This document shows, piece by piece, positions 49,560-61,931 of a stretch of 64,000 bases of DNA (position 1 is its first letter; each line of letters begins with the position of its first letter). The DNA comes from Nemertoderma westbladi (taxonomy: Eukaryota > Animalia > Xenacoelomorpha). Where the stretch lies: positions 62,001 to 126,000 of the forward strand of contig JAUCBJ010007936.1 of the NCBI GenBank assembly GCA_032718475.1, in the 5' to 3' direction. A model generated the notes under the pieces. The model did no database searches. It saw only the letters and a program-made list of their open reading frames with translations, and was not told the DNA's origin. A program made the translations under genes and the position numbers.

Positions 49560-52500
49560 CCTGTGGGTGTTCATTCTCTCTCTCACACCCTGCTCAGTCT
49601 GACTCTCACACCCTGCTCAGTCTGACCAATGTAATATGCATCCGGGTGTAGGTCGCATGTTATCAAATACAACACATTAAAGGATGTACAATCAAAAGAC
49701 CCTGATACCTTCTCTCCCCATGGCGTTTCCTCCCTGTCCAAGATCCACGGGCAGGTCAAACACCTCGCCCGCCCGCAAGGCTTGTTCCCCTGCCACCCTG
49801 CCCTCTCTCGCTTCCTAACGAGAAGATTCTCCAACTTAAACCCCCTCTTCGCTGTCAAACCCACGGATAAATCCCATCGATTGAGAACCCCTCGTACTTC
49901 CTAACCACATCCCTAAATACCCCTTTCACTCCCACACTCACAGGCATAAAAACCCTCTGCTTGGCCGCACCAGCCCCTCCGTTGGGATCCGCCCTGCCCG
50001 GCTTGGCCCAGCTCTGGACCCCACGAATATCATTCAGGAAATCCAAAGGGTACCCCATAGCCCAGCAATCGGTCAAATACCTGTCTCTAGCTTTCCCAAA
50101 CTCCTCCCCTCCCCCGGTCAGTCTCCAGAATCTAGTAACCTGCCCCTTAACTATACCCTTAAGTACCCTATCATCGTGAAAACTACGGTAGGGTATCGGT
50201 AACTTGTTTGACAATGGCTTAAAATGCACTGCTGTAGATATCGACCTATCCCCCCTATTAAAAAGTAAGTCCAAATCTAAAAAAGTCGATTTCACGCTCG
50301 AAAATTCTACGGTAAATTTTATAGAGTCCTTACCAAACACAATCTCGCTAGCCCCATTATACTTATCCGTAATTAACTGTTTCTCCCTATGAGACAGGAC
50401 CTTCCCGAATATCCCCTCCCCGTCATCCACAAACGTCTTAAAATATGTCGCACCAAATAGTGTTATCAACCCTACATGTTCGTGAACCCGATTGACCGTC
50501 AATACCGCCATTGACTTCCCAGCTGGCCCCCCCCATAGCTAAAACTTTAATCAATAAATAGAATTTCCCAAAAGCACAAAAATAGGTGTGAGATATAACA
50601 AATAACAGTAGTGCATTAATCTGTCCTAAGGTGTATCCCGCCGCGTCCAATATATCAGGGTTCTCGTTGATTGTTGTCGTTATCGCTTGGGTCGCCAGGG
50701 AATGGTCAACAGACGGGTACATATCCATCACGTCCAGCGCCATAAAGGTGACCTCATCGTGCGGATCCCTCGGCAACTGCCGTCGAGCAGCTGCCGAGTC
50801 CGGCACGAAATGGGACATTCTCTCCAACAGGGGCTGGATAAGTGTATTTAGTAGCTGAGCTGGCCTCTCCGATACCGTTCCCGTTGCTGATATAATCAAT
50901 CTCGCCTTGGGGACCCTCACCCCCCCACCCCAGTCTATCCATACCGAGGGATCTTTATGGTCCTTAAATAGGGTAAAAACGTAACCCAAAGCTGGGCGCT
51001 TCACTACCAGGTACTCTCGTAATGCAGCATCCCCTATGCTATGTTCTCGTAGTAGGCGTTTCAACCGGGCTACATACTTGTTTGTTGGGTCACGCGGCAA
51101 CTCCTCGTATATGGATTCGTCCCCCAGGGCCCTCTTTATTTCCCGCTCCTTTATCCCTGCATCGATAACAACCACATCTAGATTCGATGCTCTCTTCGGT
51201 AGCGTAGCCACCTTCTCCGCCGCGCGGTGCAGTTTGCTAATAAAAGATTCTAAAACGGGGTCGGTATACAGTCACGCTACATACCGAGCCTTAAAGGGAA
51301 TGGAATAGGGAATATAGTTTAGCTCCCCTCTCAACGCATCCAGTCCGTCGTTCCCCGATAGAAACGGGTGTACCCTCGCTCCCGGCTCCTGAGTTCTGTC
51401 ATCCCGAATCAAGCGTCGGTACCCTAAACTCCTCATCGGAGTCTGGTCCCCTCCTCCCGCATACCTATCATCCCTACGTCGGCTCGACTTCCGCTGCCCT
51501 GCAGCTCGTCGACTCCACTGGACAAGTTCCTCGCGACGCTCCTAGTCAGAAAAACATCCGATAATATCGGCGTTGAGACTCGCGGACATCCCCCTTCCCC
51601 GTCTGGGGAAACCGTTGCCCCCCCCCCCCCTCCACCCCACCCCCACTCCCCCTTAGGTTCTCATGAAACCCCCCTCTATCCCCATAAACTGCAGATAACG
51701 ACGAATGCCGCGGTGTGGCTCCACCCACGTTGAATGAGATAACGGTCCCATCCGGCTCCAACCCGCCAGTGGGTGAGGCCCCGTTTCCGGGCCTAAACTC
51801 TGCGGTAGCCTCCTCGCTCTGTTTCCTACGTATGTGGTTCCTGATCCTCGAACCCAGCCTCGAGATCGCTGTGTGTGTCTCAATTAACTCGTTTTGCCCG
51901 CCGACTGGTGTCGGTACAAACCCAAAGCCCAGCCCCAGTACCCCGAGCAGTTCCTTTCCAACCTCCTTGGAAGAAAGGTTAACAACGCAGGTGGTTGCTG
52001 GCTTACGAACCTTCCCGTACAGCCCGTCTCCCAAATGATCGCCCACTCCCCACCCCGGGATTCCATGGGGAGACCCTGGTGGGTGGACCATCGAACCCAA
52101 CGATGCGAGCTTCTTCTCATGGATCCGTTTCCTGTCCCTCGACTCCCAAATCGCTATCCGGTCCGACCATCCCATAACGAACCTAAATAAAGCAGGCCAA
52201 TCCACTCCCCCCATGTTGTTCCAGTCGTTCACTTGGATGAAGCGGAGTATGCGGTTAAAGGTGTTCCCCCAGCAGTTCCAAACGTGCTGAAGACGCCCGT
52301 ACAACTCTCCTATATCCCTGGTTAGCGCTCCCGTAACGTACGCCTTTGCCAGGTCCCAGTGCTTCCTGCACCCTAGGGTATAGATTTCCTTGAGGTACTT
52401 CGGTACGAGTTTACCCTTCCTACAGTTCCTAAGAAATTTAAGCATCAACGGTATCCTAATTAATTTCTGTTTCAGCCTGAACAAATTGCGGATGTCGTAA

Positions 52501-52568
52501 GTTGCCCCATTGCTAAGATTAAATGTTAGAATGTAACGACACACCGACTTAAGGGGATTTTGGTACAT
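49560..52568 (-). pseudogene. Penelope RT plus Cys-rich linker and truncated GIY-YIG endonuclease
   Basis: VVNLSSK...LGLGFGFVPTP, ALDVMDMYPSV, LAMG, FVDDG, FLDL, KPCGRARCLTC and NVLYLITC...YYIGQT. Several frameshifts. Confidence 0.9.
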
Positions 52569-52635
52569 ATTAGAAAGTAAGGATCACCTCCGGGGACTCC
52601 CTTCCTTCACTATTGAAAAACGCTTTTATTTACGA

Positions 52636-52668
52636 TCGATTTCGAGCTCTTGGCTCTTTGTCAAGGCA
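52636..52668 (-). ncRNA. Degenerate hammerhead-ribozyme-like motif in the Penelope pseudo-LTR
   Basis: The minus strand reads ccttgacaaa-GAGC-caaga-GCTC-gaaa-tcg, a variant of CUGANGA-stemII-GAAA. Confidence 0.55.
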
Positions 52669-53949
52669 ATCCGTTCAATTACAAATATATTTACAGCATC
52701 ATTAGGATTATAGATTAGTTACCGGTATTTATATACATAGGATAGTACAAAGGGAAGGCACCATACACATGTACCTGTGTCCCTGTCCCTCCACCGATGC
52801 AGGAATGCATAAGCATCTCCAGTAGCCTAGGCCTAGCTCTATATCGTACTCCCCCCCCCCCCCCCCCCCTCGTCCATACGCCAAATTGCCTACACGTATA
52901 CTTAGAAAATTTCCAAATGAGTTCCAAATTGATCCATTCGCAGAACAAATCTCCCCGCACAATTCCCTCTAGCTAGACATATCCCGTCCCTCCACAAGCT
53001 TGCCTATGCGTATACAGACAAAATCGAACATATCTATACTGTACACCATTGGAAATAGTTATAAAAAACAAAATATTTTATGGGACGTCTATTCACATCC
53101 TTGACAGAACTACCCCCCGTACAAAACCACCAATGCCTCTATCTAGACACATCCTGTCCCTGCCAACACGCACGCCTACGCATATACGGAGAAAATGCAC
53201 CAATATAGTGTACACCAACTTGCACTCGTTATAAACCACCCCACTTACAAAGCCTCAATGGTTCCACTCCCCTGCCGTCTCTATCCTATCCCTTCCTCCC
53301 CGTACCAAGAAAACGATCACAAAATATATATATTATGTATATATATACAGTATGAATTCGTTCTAATTTATAAGCCAAACAGAACAACCAAAACAATAAA
53401 TCCGATTTGGCTTCCTAAGCTTCTTAATATGAGAGTGGGTGATTTAACACTCGGCGTTCACCTTTGTCATAGAAATACAAGCAGATTGCTGGGCAAACAA
53501 TGTCGAATGTGAGAATATTTCAATATGCAAAAAAATGGGTGTGGTATATTAATTGCCCTTATGTCGAAACCTTGATCTTGCGCTGGTTTAAGCCAGCGAA
53601 ATTACTACTGCGCTACTTTCACTACCGCCATCTGCCTGCTGACCCGCTACTTTCAAATAACTGCCCAGCGTAGAATAGTCTAAAGTATTCCTAATTCACC
53701 CAAACCTACTCTCCGCTATGCAGCGTACAAGCTCTTAATTTTATTCTAAACGCTAAAGTAAATTACAGTGTCTCAAAATACAGAGTTGCGTACTATTTAC
53801 TAAGTATTCCAGAATTTGTATTACTAATTTATTGCATTACTGAGTTATACTAGCAACAGCCTAAATACTGTATTATTTGACCTAACAGCAATTGACAAGC
53901 ATAAACTTAGAAATAGAAAACAATCAAGAGAATAGCGCCTATCTAAACA

Positions 53950-55700
53950 TCACAATCTCTGAGAATTTATTGGCCAAAGGAATGAAGACCCGGTCTGGAT
54001 CCCCCTTGTCTTTCCTCAAAACCATACTCTTCGCCATACTACCTCTCTTGTGACTAGGTTCGTATACCCATTCCCTCAACCCCTCTTAAAACTCTACTGG
54101 ATACCCTGACACCCAACAATCCGTTAGATATCTATCCCTAGCCCTCTCAAACTTGGGTATCCGTAGGCCAGGTGAAACGGTGCATTTGCTCAGACTCTAT
54201 CGCTTCCAACATCTTCCCACTGTGGAAACTGTTGTAAGGGATAGGCAGCTTCCTGGACACTGGTTTAAAATAAAATATTTATAAAATATAATATATAATA
54301 TAATATCTATATAAATTAATTAATATCAATTATATAAATTAAATAATATCAATAATCAATTTCCCAGGAGGGCCCCCCCATTCCCAACACCTTTGATACA
54401 ATGTAGTAACCCTGTCATGCTTAATTTAGGTGTGTTTGATAATGTACTTCAGAAACACAATTATTTTCTCAATCGAATACCCACAGCCGTCAATTAAATC
54501 ATCATTCTCCAAAAGCACTGCACCTATTGCTGAGACTGTGAGTTCATTAGAAATAGAGGGGTACATATTCTCCACATCTAAGGCCATAAACGTAATGTTC
54601 TCCCATTGAACAACAGGCAAAACTCCCTCCTTTCTGAGGAAGAATCTTTAACGTAGTGCTCCATCCTCTCCAACAGGGGTTGAATGATCGAGTTTAACAA
54701 TTTCACTGGTCTCTCTGTTAACATTCCCATCATCGAAATAATAGATCTGGCCTTTGGGGCCCGCATCTCCCCCCCCCCCCCCCACCCCAATCGTTACGTT
54801 CCTCCTTATCTTTATGATCTTTAAATAAAGGGTACATGTAGCCATCCACCAGGTGCCTCGAATTAGGTACCTCCGCATCGATTCCCCCTTTATACCTATA
54901 CCCTTAACGGTCCTAATCAATTCCACTCGAAATTTGCTCGTGGAATTATTTGCCAGTTCTTATATGTAGATTCATCTCCTAGAATCCGTTGAAGTTTACC
55001 CACCTTTACCCTCTTATCCACGACGATAACATGATAACATTACCTGTCGTGTCACCCCTCACAATGGTGATCTCCTCATTTTGTAGAACCTCAATATCCT
55101 CCAATTGCTCCAGTAAAAGATTGGGCTTCAACCTCCCGGGTGGTTTGTTCTCCATAGCCCTTTCTATCACGCTGGGTAGCAGATGCATGAAATCCTCGAC
55201 AGTTTTGTTCTGACTCCTTGGTGTAACATACCTATGCATGTAAGGGATCGCTAGCGGGACGTACTTCAGTTTCCTACCTCCATCATTGTTCCCATTGAAC
55301 TCCCATCAGCTGCCACTAGGGTTCCCTCCTGGGTCTCTTGGTTTGTTATCGTTTCCATTCTACCATTCCGACCATCCTATTCGCCCGAGCCACCACTCAA
55401 CTTGCGAAATTCTCAGGGTCACGCAAAAGCTTGCATCTCCTAACCCACCTCACCGCATTTCACCCACTCGTACCTCCGTACCGCCGTAACCAGTACCATA
55501 TCATATAATCCATCCCATCTCTAATAAATTCTGTAGTTTCATAAATAGCTTTGATATCCTGGTATGGGTATCTATTCCTTCCTTCTCCCCACTTACCAGG
55601 ACGAAGTTAAACCATTAAACTCAGCACTTCCCATTGGCCAGCCGTAATCATTCTCGATGTCAGGTTCACCACGCTATCCAAGGTGGGTCTGTCAGAATCC
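53950..55700 (-). pseudogene. Second, older degenerate Penelope-like RT
   Basis: FMALDVENMYPSI, PKARSIIS...ERPVKLLNSIIQPLLERM and IVRGDTTGNVIM, homologous to 50438-51211. Confidence 0.85.
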
Positions 55701-57073
55701 CGATCGATGTCCCTCTCAGATGCTAGAGGACCCCCCCACTAGCGGCCTATATACTACCCAATCACCCCTAGATGTGCCCATCCTGGGAAGATATGTACAT
55801 GAAGTCTTAATGCATTTCAATCATTGAGCTTCTCGGCCACTACATTATAAATATAATAATACCCGAAATAGTTAAATTACAATAGTTTATATACTGGAAA
55901 AGCCTATCTATCCATTTGTTTCATATCCAGCTCGAGGGTTATAATTATGTTCAGCTCGACATTTATTATGTTCAGCCCGACACTTATTGTTTTTTTTTTG
56001 TTTTTTTTTCCCTTTTTAGTACTAATTACTAATTTAGTACTATATTAATCATATTTACAATAATGAAATAACTAAGCCTAATACTTAAGTAATAATACCT
56101 AAGTAAGCCTAATACCAACTGACCACAAACCAGTAGGTTGGTTCACCATATATCACACAACAACCAACAGCTGTAAAATTATTCAATGAAATATTTATGT
56201 CTTGTATAAATCTAAATAATAGATGAACCTATACTTTTAGAATTTTTTCCTACGACTAGGATCGGCATGCTGCATTGCAGCTACATTTTTAAAAATGCTG
56301 AGCAGTCAGCTTACAACTTTCAGTAATGTTAGTAAAGGTGCCGATTAGGCAACACTTCATGCTAATATGCTTTGAGAAGGACGCATTGACTTTAAATCTT
56401 ACTATCTTAACTTAAAATTGATTCTGTTACTCTTATTTTATTTACTAAATATATCTATTCTGAAAAGCCAGGTTCAAATGCTAGCAGGATAAACAAATTT
56501 TTGTAATTTTTCATTGTCATTGAGGCCTAGCAAAGATTTATCCTAAATTGAAAATATTTACCCAGCAAATGTTTCATACCCAAATACTACAACCTTTGAT
56601 GGGTAGCCAATCTCAAAATTAAAAAAAAATTCGCTCCACCCTAGTATCACACCCTCTTCCACGCACACAGTGTCCTTAAACTAAATTTTAGTCGAAAAAA
56701 CTTGTCCAGTAGAGCTGTTTGTTTTTTCCCACTCGTATTGGTATATTTGTTGAAAAAAACGAAAAAAAAGAAATATTTTGTGTAGCTATTTTAAAATTAC
56801 AAGCTTTTTTTCATTTTTGACATGTGTGCACCCACTTTTGAAATTTTCAAACTATCTTAAACAAGTGGTGTAGCTCCAATTTATAATCTTTAGAGGTTTT
56901 CGATATCTCTGAGTTCAAAAAACGGGTTAGAGTGCGTCCAAAATTGGTTTGACACGAAAATTACAAGTATTTCACTTTCAAAATTAAGCTTTGCATCTTA
57001 AACTAAATTTTTCTACGCCGGATTTTTGCGCTGATTTCAAAAATGAACCCAGATTTTTCGTAACTCCTACCTA

Positions 57074-59532
57074 CAGTCCCAATCCCAATAAGCATTAACT
57101 TGGTCATTTTGGCGGCCAAAATTACCAAAATGGCCAAATAAAAACTGCGGTATTCATGAAAGAAACTCCTGAGGTACGTTGGCTTGTCAATCACAGCCAG
57201 TAAAAAGGGCTGAGTGTAAGTAAAGCACAGCCCAGCATGTTGGCACTTAGGTAGAGAGAAAGGCTCCAATGTAGTAACGGCCATTTCATAATGACTCTAA
57301 AAAACTGAAGCTACACAAAGGAAAAGGTGAGAAGTGATTATCTAATAATAACACTCAAAATCCGATTATTATACATACTGTACTCCTCCTTTTAACAAAG
57401 CCGCATCCAACTAACTCCCTTTTACGTATTAGCCTGTGCTGTATCAATGCCTCAGCAGTGGGTGGTCTCTGCTACAACTGCAAGGCCTGACTGTTTTGAT
57501 TATTGAGAGACAGCAAATTTAACTGTTGCCAGGGGTATCAGAAAGATTATTGAGAGGCAGCAAATTTATCTGTTGCCAGGGGTATCAGAAATTTATTTTG
57601 CGATAATAATATTTGGCGAATTTTATTTAATATTTACTGCATCCAAACATATCAATTTGTAGAACGGCTGCTTATTGCATCAGCCGGAATAATATTCGTT
57701 TCCTAATATTTTCTAATATGGTTATACTGAGTTAGCCACATACTTAGCTTTCCTAAATGTCTGTGTATTAGGTTTTATACCAAATAACTTCGACATTTAA
57801 TTCATCATGAAAAGTTTGTAGCTCTAGCCGTTTTGGCATGACTATTACAGATTCACTCTGTAGTCTATGAAAATAACATCGCACTAAATGTCAGACCACC
57901 AAGGGATTTTATTTACTGCCTTTGATTTACTTAAAATGCTTGTTGCAGAATCTAACACACGTAGAATGGTTTATTTGTGTTTCTATTAGGATTGACAGAT
58001 TACTTAGATTTCAAGACTTTTGCGGATAAAATGAATAATGTATTTCAATGGGGCTGTTATGTTATTTATTGTTAATTATTAAATTTTAATTATATAATCT
58101 CTCTTTATGTGATAAGTTAGAATTATGCGTTTGTAAAAATATTGGTCAAAATTATGGTATTGTCAAAATTATATTGGTGAATAATTTAAATTAACTAACT
58201 ATTTATGATGTACTACACTAAAATATTCATACGCGGTAATCTCATTGACCAATGGCTCATCGCCTGTTAACTATTTGTATCGATTGCTCCATAATTATTT
58301 TGCCTTCCTTCAACTTCACAATTTGCAAACGGATGAGCCATACATTTAAAACTAAATTATTATAAATTTATCATAATGTAAATAATACATTTGGCGGCCT
58401 TTGATGGGTCGCAATTATTATTATATTTAATTTTATCTTTCAACACCATCATATATCTTCCTCGATGTGCTTTTAATTCAACGGGCGGGCTCTCAACCGA
58501 TTATCCATGACGTAGTTAGGAAAGTCTTCTCCTCTCGATGAAGGGCGCCAAGCCATGGTGACAGGTATGCGGGGAAGCAGTGTGTGACGTCAAACCGTTA
58601 CTTGAGCACAGTGCGGCACGTAGCGTTACATTACTGGGGTTATTATATAGCAGGGCGTATGGGTGTCATATGTATGTTGTATGTATGGGGTTGTTTAAGG
58701 TAAATTAGTCCGTGATTGTGTTAGTTGTATATATGTCGGTAAGTGTTGGTTAATACGTCTGTTTAGTTATGTAAATTTTATTTAATCTTTATAAATCTAA
58801 GTCTGCCTTTGTTGTATCAACACATCCCTTTCTTTCCTCTCATATTTCATATCCCAGATTCTACATTTCCCCTTTTTCTTCTCACATCCCACATCCCATC
58901 CCATATCTTCTTATCTTATTCTACTGTCGGGTTGTGACATGGTTTCGGTGTGTCTGTTGTGCAAGTGTAAAAATTAGATGGACACCTAAGTGTGTTCTTT
59001 ACACTAAGTTCACGGCACCTAGTTAGGACCATTAGTTTCACAATTTCAGAATAATTTATGTTATTTAGTTTGCAGTTTTATTAGGGGATTTAGACGGGAA
59101 GGATTCTATTTGACGCTAAGGGCCGGGAACTCGGTAAGTGCTTGAACCTTTCTACCTGTTGACTGCTTTCATGTGACCACTTGACCTCGACTTATCAATA
59201 CTTGTCTCTCCTGTATGCGTGTGACTTGAGTTACATTTCAACAGTTTATAACTGCACTATGACATCGGATCAGATTTATATTTAAAGGCTTTTACTTTTA
59301 CTTGGACAACAGATCGGATCTGTCAATAATAAAAATGAAAGCGAGCCAACATTTAGTCAGAGCAACCAAATGGATGTCCAAGGAGACGGGCTGTCTGGAC
59401 TTAACTGAGTCGAGTTAAATCGCTTCGCCAAAAAGACCAAACAGCCCATAGCAATACACTACATTTTTTTGGCGATTTTGGTCATTTTGGCCGCCAAAAC
59501 GACCAAGTTAATGCTTATTGGGATTGGGACTG
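57074..59532. mobile_element. Tc1/mariner-pogo-type non-autonomous element with ~70-bp TIRs and TA TSD
   Basis: TA|cagtcccaatcccaataagcattaacttggtc at the left and gaccaagttaatgcttattgggattgggactg|TA at the right. Confidence 0.88.
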
Positions 59533-61886
59533 TACTCGATCTAAATTCTTGAAATAATCTATAATTCAATATAATATACACTGTAATAATTAAATTATTA
59601 ACATTTTCTTGGGCCTTTTCAATTTTTTGGACTGCTTTATTTCACATAAATATGTTTAGAAATGAATTATGTTGAGCTGATGAAACAAATATAAAAAATA
59701 TAACAAAAAATACTATAAAACAAAAAATACTAAAATAATTAAACACCTAAAATATTTACTGCATCCAAACATATCAATTTGTAGAACGGCTGCTTATTGC
59801 ATCAGCCGGAATAATATTCGTTTCCTAATATTTTGTAATATGGTTATACTGAGTTAGCCACATACTCAGCTTTCCTAAATGTCTGTGTATTAGGTTTTAT
59901 ACCAAATAACTTCGACATTTAATTCATCATGAAAAGTTTGTAGCTCTAGCCGTTTTGGCATGACTATTACAGATTCACTCTGTAGTCTATGAAAATAACA
60001 TCGCACTAAATGTCAGACCACCAAGGGATTTTATTTACCGCCTTTGATTTACTTAAAATGCTTGTGGCAGAATCTAACACACGTCCTATGTAGAATGATT
60101 TATTTGTGTTTCTATTAGGATTGACAGATTACTTAGATTTCAAGACTTTTGCGGATAAAATGAATAATGTATTTCAATGGGGCTGTTATGTTATTTATTG
60201 TTAATTATTAAATTTTAATTATATAATCTCTCTTTATGTGATAAGTTAGAATTATGCGTTTGTAAAAATATTGGTCAAAATTATGGTATTGTCAAAATTA
60301 TATTGGTGAATAATTTAAATTAACTAACTATTTATGATGTACTACACTAAAATATTCATACGCGGTAATCTCATTGACCAATGGCTCATCGCCTGTTAAC
60401 TATTTGTATCGATTGCTCCATAATTATTTTGCCTTCCTTCAACTTCACAATTTGCAAAAGGATGAGCCATACATTTAAAACTAAATTATTATAAATTTAT
60501 CATAATGTAAATATAATACATTTGGCGGCCTTTGATGGGTCGCAATTATTAGTATATTTAATTTTATCTTTCAACACCATCATATATCTTCCTCGATGTG
60601 CTTTTAATTCAACGGGCGGGCTCTCAACCGATTATCCATGACGTAGTTAGGAAAGTCTTCTCCTCTCGATGAAGGGCGCCAAGCCACGGTGACAGGTATG
60701 CGGGGAAGCAGTGTGTGACGTCAAACCGTTACTTGAGCACAGTGCGGCACGTAGCGTTACATTACTGGGGTTATTATATAGCAGGGCGTATGGGTGTCAT
60801 ATGTATGTTGTATGTATGGGGTTGTTTAAGGTAAATTAGTCCGTGATTGTGTTAGTTGTATATATGTCGGTAAGTGTTGGTTAATACGTCTGTTTAGTTA
60901 TGTAAATTTTATTTAATCTTTATAAATCTAAGTCTGCCTTTGTTGTATCAACACATCCCTTTCTTTCCTCTCATATTTCATATCCCAGATTCTACATTTC
61001 CCCTTTTTCTTCTCACATCCCACATCCCATCCCATATCTTCTTATCTTATTCTACTGTCGGGTTGTGACATGGTTTCGGTGTGTCTGTTGTGCAAGTGTA
61101 AAAATTAGATGGACACCTAAGTGTGTTCTTTACACTAAGTTCACGGCACCTAGTTAGGACCATTAGTTTCACAATTTCAGAATAATTTATGTTATTTAGT
61201 TTGCAGTTTTATTAGGGGATTTAGACGGGAAGGATTCTATTTGACGCTAAGGGCCGGGAACTCGGTAAGTGCTTGAACCTTTCTACCTGTTGACTGCTTT
61301 CATGTGACCACTTGACCTCGACTTATCAATACTTGTCTCTCCTGTATGCGTGTGACTTGAGTTACATTTCAACAGTTTATAACTGCACTATGACATCGGA
61401 TCAGATTTATATTTAAAGGCTTTTACTTTTACTTGGACAACAGATCGGATCTGTCAATAATAAAAATGAAAGCGAGCCAACATTTAGTCAGAGCAACCAA
61501 ATGGATGTCCAAGGAGACGGGCTGTCTGGACTTAACTGAGTCGAGTTAAATCGCTTCGCCAAAAAGACCAAACAGCCCATAGCAATACACTACATTTTTT
61601 TGGCGATTTTGGTCATTTTGGCCGCCAAAACGACCAAGTTAATGCTTATTGGGATTGGGACTGTACTCGATCTAAATTCTTGAAATAATCTATAATTCAA
61701 TATAATATACACTGTAATAATTAAATTATTAACATTTTCTTGGGCCTTTTCAATTTTTTGGACTGCTTTATTTCACATAAATATGTTTAGAAATGAATTA
61801 TGTTGAGCTGATGAAACAAATATAAAAAATATAACAAAAAATACTATAAAACAAAAAATACTAAAATAATTAAACACCTAAAATAT
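57629..61886. repeat. ~2.1-kb tandem duplication (57629-59750 and 59751-61881)
   Basis: Near-identical copies with a few SNPs, a 7-bp and a 2-bp indel, and aatat microhomology at the junctions. Confidence 0.96.
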
Positions 61887-61931
61887 CACCCAACACCCAA
61901 ATAACACTCAAAAAGTGCCTAAATAAAGGAA

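Larger units (their letters stand above)
49020..53357 (-). mobile_element. Penelope-like element (Neptune-type) with direct pseudo-LTRs
   Basis: 49097-49548 matches 52904-53357 and 49020-49078 matches 52568-52626. RT plus GIY-YIG lie between them. Confidence 0.9.
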
